DNA of 64,000 nt. It comes from Antedon mediterranea (lineage: Eukaryota > Animalia > Echinodermata). The notes beneath the pieces are model-generated. The model did no database searches and had not been told where the DNA came from. It saw nothing but the letters and a program-made list of their open reading frames with translations. Of the stretch, positions 9,031-20,074 are shown one piece after another (position 1 is the first letter of the stretch; each line of letters begins with the position of its first letter). Made by a program: the position numbers and the translations under genes. Location: contig NC_092676.1 of NCBI RefSeq assembly GCF_964355755.1, positions 9,773,888-9,837,887 on the forward strand, in the 5' to 3' direction.

Positions 9031-10656
9031 ACAAGTTGTAGGCCTACTTGGATATCAAACTGTCTATTTGGTCGTCTTGAGCCTCAAGAGAATAGCAACT
9101 ATGTATGAGCTGTAATAAACAGTAAGTACAGTATAGAAATCATATATCGACTAGCATTAAAATTACAAGTGGGAGTCTGTAGTACAGTGAAAAATTTCAT
9201 TTCAAAATTTTAGCAAAATTGCTAATCAAACTGATTTAGTCGAGAAACATAGTTTTGTATTGTATTTTTTGCTACACAATTTTCGAAATGTGTAGCAAGA
9301 GGTTGTTTTGTATAGCTTTTTGCTATGCCACACTGGCGAAATTATTCCTTGTAGTAGATAAAAGAGACGTTCAAAACAGATTAAAAAAGAAAATCATAGT
9401 ACGGTTATTATTGTACAGTATATTAATTAAACAAGCTGAACATTTTATATAGTGATTTAATACGCAAATAATGTTTCCACATTTTTCCACAGAGTTTACG
9501 TGAATTTCTGTCAGCATTGATCATGTTGTATTCCACCACCAGATATGCATTTGTATAGAACGCCTTTGTCTTAAAATTCCGTCTCCACCCTGCTTTGACG
9601 TGATTTCTTTGTTTAACATACCTAGGTCTATTGTTCCATTGTGGCAGTCCAGCAAACACATAGTGGTTTTCTAACGTTAGTGTTTGGTTAATGTTTAGGT
9701 TCACTATAACCGTTATTTTATTACATTTCTATAACGTAAAAAGAAACATTCAGATAACGTTTTTAGGTTAGCATTTACAGGATACATAACGCTATAAAAA
9801 CGGTATTTGAATTTTAAAACTAAAAAAATCAGAAAAAAAAATCAATAAAAACATTATTAGATAATGCCTCATTTCTATCATTTTATTATACATAACCCTA
9901 ACCCTTTATTTGTTAATACTGTACTAACTTAATTATTTAGATAGATTTAGATACACATAGGCGCTAGGCCGGCAAAAGTTATTAAAATAATTATGTTTCA
10001 GAACACCAGGTTTATTTCATTGGTACATTATATTTTATCAGTAAACCGTATATTAAATGCCTGGAATTTTTATCATTTTATTTTATTGATGATCCTCCTT
10101 TATCTGCAAAAAAATAAAAACATTATTAGATAGATCTACATTGTTATATAATTATGTAAACATTTTGTATATTCTTAAGTTGTTGGAATTCGATCATGAT
10201 TAAGTCAATTACAAGGCGGTAGACCGGGAACCAGTCAACTGACAGAAGAGGGCTCTCAATGTCATTTCTATTGACGTACCTGCACACAATATTCATAACC
10301 ACACACCCCCACTTTAATAATGGAATAACCCTAAAAAAAACTCCGGAGCCAAAACGGCAGTTGATCCAGAACTAGACCTAGTTTAGCCTAGTAAAGGCCT
10401 AGTAGTATTTGTTATTAGGCCTGAATGTGTAAGGCCCTGGCTCTCTGCTGGTTTACTCTATAATAGGTAGGCTAATACTTAAAATAGAGGCCTAGAAAGA
10501 CTCTCTAGCTAGGCCTAGGCCTATGCCTAGGCCTAGTATAAATATTGACTAAATTTAGTAGCCTAACTAAGATCTATCTATCCAGGTTTAGGTTAGGCCT
10601 AGACCTGTAAATGAAAACAAACAACACCTTCCGAAATACTAAATCTTGCGGCATAC

Positions 10657-11102
10657 CTTGTTGTTTTACATAAACAGCAGTGAGATAAGTCTAAACTGTC
10701 TAAATAAAATGGTTATGGTTATGGTTACAAAAACAGCAAATGCCGTCTCGCGATTACGATTCCAAAAGAAAGAAACGGGAAAATCCCTGTTGTTTTCCAA
10801 CCCTTGAAAAACATTCCATTTTTAATTTAGGTAAATCTATATATATAATTTTAAATCATGATACATTTTCAAATTTATTAAAAAGTAACATTATTTTTAA
10901 CAGTTACAATACTTAAGAAACATTTATCAAAACAAAGAAAAAGTGTTTTGACAGTTTCTAAACTGTAGGTACTCAAATATCAAGAACTATAAAACCCAAA
11001 AATAATGGTTAATTCTTGCTCGTGACCTTTTCATTACGTCATTTTGTCTTGTGATTGAACATTATTATTCAAAGCATTGTGCAAACAGGCTACTTTTGTA
11101 GA
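10657..11102. promoter_or_regulatory. Putative bidirectional promoter with non-coding first exons of the two DRAM paralogs
   Basis: Both genes have a splice acceptor just before the ATG (5913-5914 minus; 11768-11769 plus), so both need an upstream UTR exon. Candidate donors are CAAG|GTATGC on minus at 10656 and GA|GTGAGT on plus at 11103, with CpG-containing sequence between them. Confidence 0.45.
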
Positions 11103-11794
11103 GTGAGTAGATGGATTGTGACCATTTTTGATGAACATGCAATAGGGCCTAGCCTTTGGTAAGATTCTAAAAATTATAATATTAATAAACAATGCTAATT
11201 TGGGTTGAGGTGGTGGAAGGATTGAATTTGGAAGGTGATGATCTATGAAATTGTGTTCATCATTTACAGTAAAAAAGACACCACAAAGAATATCCAGTAA
11301 TTCAATTTGATTTTCAATTCCAATGTCTCCTTTCTTTGGTTGATTTTTTTTTTTTTTAACTTTTATACATATTTTATATTACAGGATCCTTCTATAAGTA
11401 TAAGAGTATTACTCAGATCACAGTTAAACATATATTTTTTCAGGATATTTGAACCCAGGTTTCTAGGATTGGTAGCAGAGCATAACCATCAAGCTATAGC
11501 CCCACTCCTTTTCACTGATCCTAAAATCTGTAGCTGTACCTATTCTTTTTTTAACCATGCCTTTCCAACTTTGTGGACATCATGCTCCCCATGTATAAGT
11601 CTTATTCTTGTGTAGGGCTACAGTACACAATTAAATGTATTAAAATCAAAATTGTAAAAAATCTGTGCGGCCTGTAGATTGAATGTGGTTCTTCTTTTGA
11701 CCTGAAGCCCAAAAGTTATTCAATTTCAAAAGTACTTTATTATTATTTTAGTATGATATTATATTACAGAACTAGAAACGCAAATATCGACACC

Positions 11795-14700
11795 ATGGAT
11801 CTATCATGTATAAAACAGCAAGGCATGTCCTTTGTTTCTGTTTGTCTGGCAGTTGTATCTCTATCAACTGTTATCACAAGCTACGCTATGTCTGTTAGTA
11901 GGGGTGATGTTCAGAGCCTATTTCCATATATAAGGTTAGTATTACATTATTATTTTTATTATTATTTGGGTACATGATATAAATCTCTCTTACTCTACGT
12001 TAAATTACCATCATTAATTTAAAATAATCACATTAAATCAACAACATAAAAATGTAATTATGTAATTTTGTGACTTATATGTTATCCTTTGTTACAATTC
12101 TCTTCACCTGATGATGGGCTATGCCCGAAACATGTCGTAAAAATAAACTTAAATTGAGGCAGTTTTAATTTTTTTTTCTATGTCCTGCCTATGCAGCTCT
12201 TTGATTTATATAAATATAATTACTATATGCACATGTTCAATAAAATCATAGTAGAGAATTTACTCTACGTTAAATTATACCTTTATTAATTTAAAATAAT
12301 AACATAAAACCAACAATATTAAATAAAATATAATTATTGGTTAATACAAATGTTACATATTTATGTGTGAACAAGCTGCAGATAAGCATTTGGTGTAGTT
12401 GTTTTTGGTTTGAAAGTTTACAGTGATTTTAGTTCAAAATGCAGCATACAGTAGGCATTTTTTCATGGATTTACAAATGTTAAACTTTTTTATGCATTTT
12501 TTACAGTGATACAGGCGGAAAACCACCTGAAAGTTGTGTTTTTGGTCAATTACTTAATACCACTGCGTTACTTTGTAAGTAAAAAATATGTGGAAAGTGT
12601 ATCCGCCCAACACCCATCCTAACAACTACCTTCTAAAGGGTTCGGTTCACAAGGGTATTTCTCAGTTGACTTTTCATAAGGGTATTTTCATAGGGACGTA
12701 TAATATGATCTCCTTACTATATGTAAATCCATTTTGAACATAGAGAAATGAGTTGTTATGAGCTCATTGTACTAAGTCTCAGCATTGTGGTATAGTGGCC
12801 AGTTCCTTTCCACACGCCACCTTCTCCTTCCTAGTATTTTCAACCAGGTACTTATTTACAACTGGGAGTTCTTATATTATCGGGATTTGAACCCTCTGTA
12901 TGATGATAGTCAAGTGTCCTACTATATAAAAGCTAAAAGTATTTATTATCGGTTTCAAGCTTAACTGGAAACTGATACACCCCCTTACATCATGAGAAAT
13001 ATTAAAAATTATTTCAATATTTTGTACAGTATTTGCATCAGCATGGATAAGATACAAACAGATGGAAGACTTAGACGACGATGCAACTGGAAGTAGAAAG
13101 TTTAGAATTTGCAACCTAGTATCACTGATCATTGCTACTGTAGCTGCACTCGGCTTAAGCATCGTTGCTAATTTTCAGGTAAACTACAGTGGATAGGTAA
13201 CAGGACAATTCGGCCCTGGATAAGTCGGCCCATTTTATTATATTGTAGTATGCATTTATAAACATAAATTCTTCGCTAATGTTTTGTTTTGTTCCAGAGA
13301 GACTGTTTTTTAGCAATTTATTTGATATATCAACATTGGTAGTATCAATAAAATATGTTATTAAGTGGTAGTTCAAACGTCTTTACAAACTTGGTATACC
13401 ACAAAAAATGTATAGCAGCCGGGTGGTTTCTACTACTAGTACTAGTACTACTAGTACTAGTACTAGTACTACTAGTACTAGTACTACTAGTACTAGTACT
13501 ACTAGTTTGGTTTCTGTCAATAGATTTGGTGGATGGTGGTGTTTTTATCTCTGTTTTTTTGTATTCTGTATTTTAATTTTCTGTAATGTACATTCACACA
13601 TACAGTACTAAATTGTAACAAATTGTTATAGGACATCTCTGATACAAATTATTGTGAAAGACTATTTTATAATTATCTTTTAACTTTCTATCTTTCAGGA
13701 TGTAGCTGTTTTAACGGTGCACATGATTGGTGCTTGTTGTGCCTTTGTTGGTGGTGTCTTTTATGCTGGAATACAGACGTGGATGTCATATAAGATATGC
13801 CCTAACTGGACAAGTTACTCTGTTTGTCGATTCCGGTTATTTTTAACGATGTCTGGCATTGTTTTCGTACTTACTAGTATCCTTTTAGAATTTTATATGT
13901 TTACAGTAATTTGAGGTTTCAGGCACGAATTTAGGCGGAGACTTTTTTTATAAAATAATGACTACACATTTAACGCAAAACAAAACACTGTCGACTCTGT
14001 GTGAAGACGACTAGTGGAAGGTGCATTTATCATGAATTTTTTGTGCGAGCGTACCATTTCTGACCATCTGGGGGTGTCATTTACCTAAATTTGCTTTGAC
14101 ACAGCCCCTCCACCTCTATTTCAAAATTCTGGATTCGCCCCTGATTTTGATAGTGTTCGCTGTAAATGGAAAAACTATCGCAATCCCTTTCATTAGTTAA
14201 CGTACATGTGAACATCGGATGGTATTTTTGATTGAGATCAGAAGAGGAGCTCTGCGGCACGCAACAACATTCCGTTAAAAAGTACATGTGAAGAAACCAC
14301 TACAACATTTGAAATTTTAAAAATACAACTTATATAAGTATAAGACATTATGCTATATATATTATATTAACAAAATTATGAAAAAAATAACACAAAACAA
14401 CACAATTGACATTTGTATTATTCAAAAATAACAATGTAATTATCTATTCACCTTAGCACCTGTCGGTTTGTTATTTTGTCTCACAATTTTCTTTTGTAAA
14501 TTTAATATTTATTATACTATAAAATGGTTAATGTTCTGTTAATATTCAGACGACACAACAATTAGAAATCAACCAGTACAATAAACAGGTAATTTAGTTT
14601 GTAAAATTTTGATTGCATCTTTTATGCTGATGAACAGTAACCTATTGGTTACAATGCTAAAATTACAAAAATTGTTAAAAACTATGATATAGTTTCTAGA

Positions 14701-17700
14701 TAACCATTAAGATATTTCAAGAACATGACTGGGCCCATTGCTTAAATGTACGTCAAAATGAAAAGGACCATACAGTAACCTCAGTCAAAAAAGTACCTTA
14801 ATCAAAAAAAGCACCACACAGCAGAGGCAGATCCAGATCAGGTTCTTAAGACTGTTTAACCCCTGCCTATATCCGGGCCTGCACAGTCGGAAAAGCACTG
14901 CAGTTAAAAAAAAAAACAATATAAAGAAGCGTTAGTCAAGAAGTACTGTAGTATAAGAAAGCGCTGAAGTTGAAAAGGTGCCACAGTAAAAAAAAACACC
15001 ACAGTTATACTGATAATAAATATAATATTTATTATCAGTGTGACTGTGGTGTTTTATTTTGTATTAAAAAGAATACGTTTATGCTTGTATTTTAACAAAT
15101 AATTTATTTTGGAAAATTACTATTCTAAATTACAAATATTCCTTAAGCTGTGTACATATTTATTGACAGTTTAAATTCAAGCTTGGGAATAAATATGAAC
15201 TTTTATCCTTTATTTTTAGCTTGGCTCCTCTTGTTTGTAACTAATATTATAAAGTGGATTTCCACCCTAAGATAACGTTAATATGCTATTTCTTAGATAC
15301 CATGTTGTGCTTAGTATTTGCGATGAAAATAAAAGAAATTTAAATATAAGATGTCCAAAGAGAGCACTCAAAATAAGAAGCGACTCCCTTCAATAATCCG
15401 TCTCTAAGATGTCAATAAGCTCTTAACGCCAAACTTCCTGTATTTCACTTTGCTGTGTAACATATCTACTGCCCTCTATAAAAATGTAACCAAAAAAAGT
15501 TCTGCTTATTTAACTGCAATTTGTAAACAGTATCTCTTTTTCAAGATTTTCTAAAACAGACCATACTACTGTAATTTTAAAGGCAGAGTGGAGCGAGCAG
15601 GCTTAGCTCAAGCCCTTCTACTCTATTTGATAGGTGAAAATAAAATTATATTTAATTGGGGGCGGATTCAGGATTTTTCATTCATATATAAAATTTGTTG
15701 CTTTGTTTTATGTTGTTAAACACAGTTATAATTTCTACTATTTACTAGCATATACAAATATATTATTATATTTTGCTGTTGAATACAAATTGAACAACAA
15801 CCCAACTAAAAACTGGACACCTGGGCTATGATCTGTTTTCCAGAAATCATGGCTAAAATGTTCGCTGAGATAAAGTTTTGTTTAAGAAGAATTCACAGGG
15901 TAATTTTATTTTTTTGGCGAGTGTATGTGGGGTGTACTATTTATTAGTTGTTTTTATTTATGCAATTGTTTCTTTAACAATTGTATCAGCATATTTATCA
16001 GAGATTGTAGCATCAAGTAAATGGAAGAAACACCATGTACACAATGATACATTTCAATGGAACAACGAAGATGGCGTAAGTATTCTTAAGTGTATTCGAC
16101 TGGTCACTCGCAAACATCTTGCAGTGACCTACTCTCACTGCTTGCATAAACAGCGATAAAATCAGCTTGTCGATTACTGTTTCCATTCTAAAACAGAATC
16201 TAAACCTTTTAAGGCCACTCTGAAAATTAAGCTCAGCCTGAGATTAGAGGTGTAAGCTCACTGAATGTGAGAAGATTTATTGTCCCAAAAAACTGGAAAT
16301 ATGTAGACTTTTTAAAAGACTTTTTTGAAAAGATTTTGTAGTTTTAATAAAGTTAATCACTTCCGTAAAAAAGAAAAATTATAAAAATAATATTGTCACT
16401 TATACACTGTTAAATTCAGCCAAAAACCCATTGATTTGTTGCATTTAATGAGGGTACAGTAGGTATGTTATTAGAAGAATTCATTGCAATTTTATTCCAC
16501 ACAAGAATATCAAAATTGAAGTTAAAAAATGTACAGTACAAAAAAAGTGTAAAAAACAGTAAGACAGCATTAAAAACTAAAAATACTGATAGATCACTCA
16601 ATACTTAATTTTAAATTAAAGGGAGATACAGCATAACTTTTAGTTATAGCTTATCATCAGCCCATTACTATATAGCAGGAAGTAGAATTATGAAAGGAAT
16701 TTTCATTTTATTTGATAGAAGGAAATGCCTCATTCCAATAAAACCCTCCAAAGATTATTTTTATTTGAACAATTTTGCAGACTACCCCAGTGTTTTCATG
16801 TCAGTTTGTATTTTAAAAAGCATGGGGATTTGTTCCATTGTGATACTGATTGTACAAGAAACTTTTATAGCATATGGGATTTGCCCTATTAAATTATTTT
16901 CAAAATTCTTTATTGATCCAGTTACTGGAAATTTGACTTTCCTTTGGCAATGCATATTGATTATGTAATTAAAGCGTACTGTACAGTGGAGCATTAGGGG
17001 GAACCTTTGCTATTTCTATTTGCTTGCTGTATTTGCATAAAATGTGCTAAATAGCCTACAGGTGTTATTAATATTTAAATATTTTAAAATGAAATACTAG
17101 TTGGATCTAATAGGTCTGGCCAGTAGATTAGTTTTCTTAATGTATTCAGTTTTACTGTCCAACAATTTTAAACACAAACTATGTTTTTCAAAGATAATTC
17201 TCCATTTCTTCTTAATACTATTAGATATGAAATGTTTTGCCATGAAAAACAGCCTTTGATTGTGTCTGCCCATCTTTTTTTGGACATCTCCTACAGTAGG
17301 TCTTTTGCCGCTTTGTTTCCATACAAACTTCTCTTCTCAACTCTTTCTTTTCTCAATTTTTTAAAGTCCATGCCATCTCAGTGGTGCAGATTAAATTTTA
17401 TTATACTGTAGATTGTTGTTATTTCGACCTGTCTTTTGATGTCTCACATTGTGTAATTTGGCCTTATTGACTATGGCCTGGCTCTGAGATTTCTGCTTAT
17501 TGTATTCATTTATTCATTCATTTTTATTTCACAAACTCAAACAAATTAATACAGATTATTATTAAAATTTTTCTTTTATTTTCCATTGACTTAAAATATT
17601 CCATATTAGAGGTATCCTATAGATTTATTGACTGTTGTATGAGCTCTAGTATTGTAGTTCTGAAATTCATTATTTTTTGTGAAACATTTTTTGAAAATAT

Positions 17701-19719
17701 TTGGGAGTTGATTATTTTGAATTTAAGATAAAGATAAGATAATATAAGAAAGCACATGTATCCAGTGCTCAAGGCGCTTGTGAAAACCATGAAAAATACT
17801 AACCTTGAAACTAAAAACAGCAACAAATTAAAAGCAAAGAATAAAAGCAGACCAATCAAACCCACATCACTGCTTCCGTTTACAATTTAAGGTGCATAGA
17901 CCAGCCTGTACATAACTCACAGGTGTTCTCAGTAATGTGGGTATCTTGCTAAACAATAACCTTACATATTTCCAAAGGCAGCCGACAGCAGATGTGTCTT
18001 AAGCGCACTCTTGAACATATCAGTAGACTTGCTAGATTTTATATGGGATGTTAATGCGTTTCAGAGACAGGTGCTGCAACAGCAAATGACCTATCACCCC
18101 ATGAATGCCTGGACCTAGGCACAATAAGCTGTTGCAGACTACTAGACCTAAGATTGCGCATGCCTGACCAGCAAATCACGGAGGTACTGTGGACATTCAC
18201 CATTATCACTATAATATCTGTCTGTGGATATGGCAATTTGTAATGTCTTAATTTCGAAGATGTAGTGTACTATGTTTAAGGAAAAGGGACCTTGTAGTCT
18301 TGTCAGTTGTTGTCATGGTTTCAGCCAAACTCGGTCCAATAACTGTGAGGTTTTAAACTAGATTTTACTGGTCATTACTGGCCAGCAGATGTGTGCTAAA
18401 TCAATCAGTTTTTTTCTATTAGAATAGTTTGATTCATTACAAAACTAAAGTTTATACACCATAGAAATTTGTTTTCCAACGAATGTTTAAAATCATGCGG
18501 ATTTAATTTTAAAAAGTGAATTTCAGTATGAAACCCAATTTGTTATCACATTTTGTAAAGTTTTATTAGACACCTGAATTTTATCTCGAATTTGCAATTA
18601 ATTTTGTCATATTTAATTAACATTTTATTCAAAATTAAAAGAAAGTTGATGTGTTATTGCACTCCAAAGTTTGGAGTGGATGTCTCAACAGAGACCCTAA
18701 TTTCAACTATATTTTCTCAGTAGATTTCACCTCAATTATTATTATATAATATTTAATCTTCTGAGAGTTTCTAACCCATTAATTCATGGTTTTCGTTGGT
18801 TTGTTGCATAGTGCTAACATAGTAAATAGGCGTTTCACTATTGTTTTTCTTATTACATAATGCGTGAAAGACCTAGTTAAATTGTGACCTTTTCTGGAAT
18901 ACTTTCAGGTTTAACCCCATGTGTGCGTATATTTCTAAACCAATTATTATTTTGGCATATGATGCGTAATGAAGATAAAACACGTAGCAAATACTATTTC
19001 ATTACTTTAACAGAAATAGATGTACTGTTATGCACTGTAGATTAGACTTTAAAGTACATACTAGAAAACAATAATGAGTATTTCTTGTTTTATAGATTTA
19101 ACTTCCAGATATATTATTATACAGTAGAACCTCTATTAGGGGACACATTCAGGACCTAGCAAAGTGTCCCTTTAATAGTTGTCTGTAGTGTCAAGGCGTC
19201 TATTGCTCTTTGTTCATTTCACGGGAAATAATAGGCTTGTGTGTGTCCCCTGTATGGGGGACACAAAGAAGGGATTCTACTGTATAATGATTTGTAATTT
19301 CAAGTTTGTACTACTATATATGTAGTATTTGTAACTACATTTTGTTTACATTTTATTTTACCTGTTTGGCCATTTTTGCTGCTGTTCCTTAGTTTCAAAA
19401 GGGACTTAGGTTATTATGGTTTCGAACCCTAGGAACCCCTCTGGGTAAGGGCTTATCGTCTGTGGATAATGATCTCCTGGTTGAGATTTATTTTAATTCT
19501 ATTAACATTATTATTTTGTTTTTTCAGGGTTACCCAGCTCATTTGGTCAGTACATTTAGTGAGTGGTTTCTCGCAGCAACTATACTGATATTTTTCATTA
19601 GCTACTTCTCTGATTTTAAAAAAGTCGTCATTGAACTAGAAATGCGGCCCAACTCGGATCCTCTTGGTATGCCAAATATGATAAATGAAGATGATGATGT
19701 GGAGCCTCTTAAATTGTAA
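11795..19719 (+). CDS. DRAM2: DNA damage-regulated autophagy modulator (DRAM1/2-like) multi-pass membrane protein, paralog B, 270 aa
   Basis: join(11795-11934,12507-12574,13030-13178,13699-13876,15990-16075,19528-19719) = 813 nt, open frame with consistent phases and Kozak CACCATGG. Motifs FPYISDTGGKPPESCVFGQLLN, IRYKQ, GLSIVANFQ, VHMIGA and GYPAHLVSTFSEW. The symbol marks the family; an invertebrate gene is likely co-orthologous to DRAM1 and DRAM2. Confidence 0.96.
12098..12146 (+). ncRNA. Minimal type I hammerhead ribozyme motif of the Penelope-like element kind
   Basis: CTGATGA (12108-12114), T, stem II GGGC-TAT-GCCC, GAAAC, palindromic stem III ACATGT, cleavage triplet GTC (12134-12136). 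Stem I (TCTTCAC / GTAAAAA) has mismatches. Confidence 0.7.
12745..12895 (-). mobile_element. tRNA-derived SINE remnant
   Basis: On the minus strand, a B-box GGGTTCAAATCCC is followed by CCCAGTTGTAAATAAGTACCTG, resembling the conserved central motif of CORE-type SINEs. Confidence 0.5.
13432..13506. repeat. (ACTAGT/ACT)n microsatellite
   Basis: Directly visible; flanked by TGGTTTCT at 13424-13431 and 13508-13515. Confidence 0.95.
13920..14143. mobile_element. Degenerate hAT-like MITE
   Basis: Imperfect TIRs CAGGCACGAATTTAG and CTGGATTCGCCCCTG; related ends at ~14822-14881 and ~15658; no TSD seen. Confidence 0.4.
14993..15055 (+). repeat. 63-nt palindrome (31-bp arms)
   Basis: AAAACACCACAGTTATACTGATAATAAATAT-A-ATATTTATTATCAGTGTGACTGTGGTGTTTT; both mismatches are T:G. 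Confidence 0.9.
16273..16638. mobile_element. Degenerate copy of the TTAA MITE family (opposite orientation to 23813-24069)
   Basis: Starts AGATTTATTGTCCC and contains AATAAAGTTAATCACTTCC and TAAATTCA.CCAAAA.CCCATTGA, both shared with 26229-26507. Confidence 0.6.
17725..18165 (-). mobile_element. 3' fragment of an L2-clade LINE
   Basis: The minus strand encodes RNLRSSSLQQLIVPRSRHSWGDRSFAVAAP and, after a frameshift and stop, NAL.SHIKSSKSTDMFKSALKTHL, typical of an L2 ORF2 C-terminus. The 3' tail AAGCGCCTTGAGCAC is followed by (ATCTT)-like repeats. Confidence 0.85.
19122..19282. mobile_element. Tc1/mariner-pogo-type MITE
   Basis: TA|CAGTAGAACCTCT ... AGGGATTCTACTG|TA, with internal GGGACAC/GTGTCCC inverted motifs. 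Confidence 0.8.
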
Positions 19720-20074
19720 TCATGTCTGACATCACAGTTTTTCGAAAGGGTTTTTTTTTTTTTAAAGAATGGACACTAAGGCTTGGTTCATATGATACAG
19801 TAGTACTGTATATTTACAAATCATGAATGTTTTGAATGAGTTGAATCGAAAGAATATGTTTATAAGTTGAAATTTTGCCTTTTATCTATATCGGAATAGT
19901 GAGATGCAGGTTGGATTTTCATTACACATTATTCACAAGTCTACCAGGCTGAACAAAATTCTGGAAAATGTTTATAGCTGAGTGTACAGTTGTACCTTCA
20001 CTTAATTAAATGGGTGAACATAATTCATGTGATAACAAACCAACCTATCAAATTGCAAGGATATATTAGGTGTG

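Larger units (their letters stand above)
6232..10369. mobile_element. Foldback-type DNA element with ~830-bp inverted arms (6232-7060 and 9542-10369), possibly Merlin/ISXO2-derived
   Basis: The arms are reverse complements with only a handful of substitutions and two 4-5 bp indels; ORFs 6898+ and 9704- share 53 identical aa. Ends are CTGGATCAACTGCC...GGCAGTTGATCCAG and no TSD is visible. The inverted repeat is certain; the family assignment is tentative. Confidence 0.85.
13877..15989 (+). other. U12-type (minor spliceosome) GT-AG intron of the DRAM gene
   Basis: Donor GTATCCTTT (U12 consensus); branch site TTTCTTTAAC at 15969-15978, ~12 nt before the CAG; no polypyrimidine tract; splicing keeps the frame (A|CA = Thr). 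Confidence 0.92.

Noticed and set aside
6898-9704. Two ORFs with 53 identical residues as a duplicated gene pair
   Set aside because: The identity comes from the inverted repeat arms; both use GTG starts and at best are decayed transposase fragments.
13355-13611. Poly-LV membrane ORF and poly-ST mucin-like ORF
   Set aside because: Both are translations of the ACTAGT microsatellite inside a DRAM intron.
19690-19719. Acidic dileucine lysosomal sorting signal at the DRAM C-terminus (EDDDVEPLKL)
   Set aside because: Suggestive, but it does not fit [DE]XXXL[LI] or DXXLL exactly.
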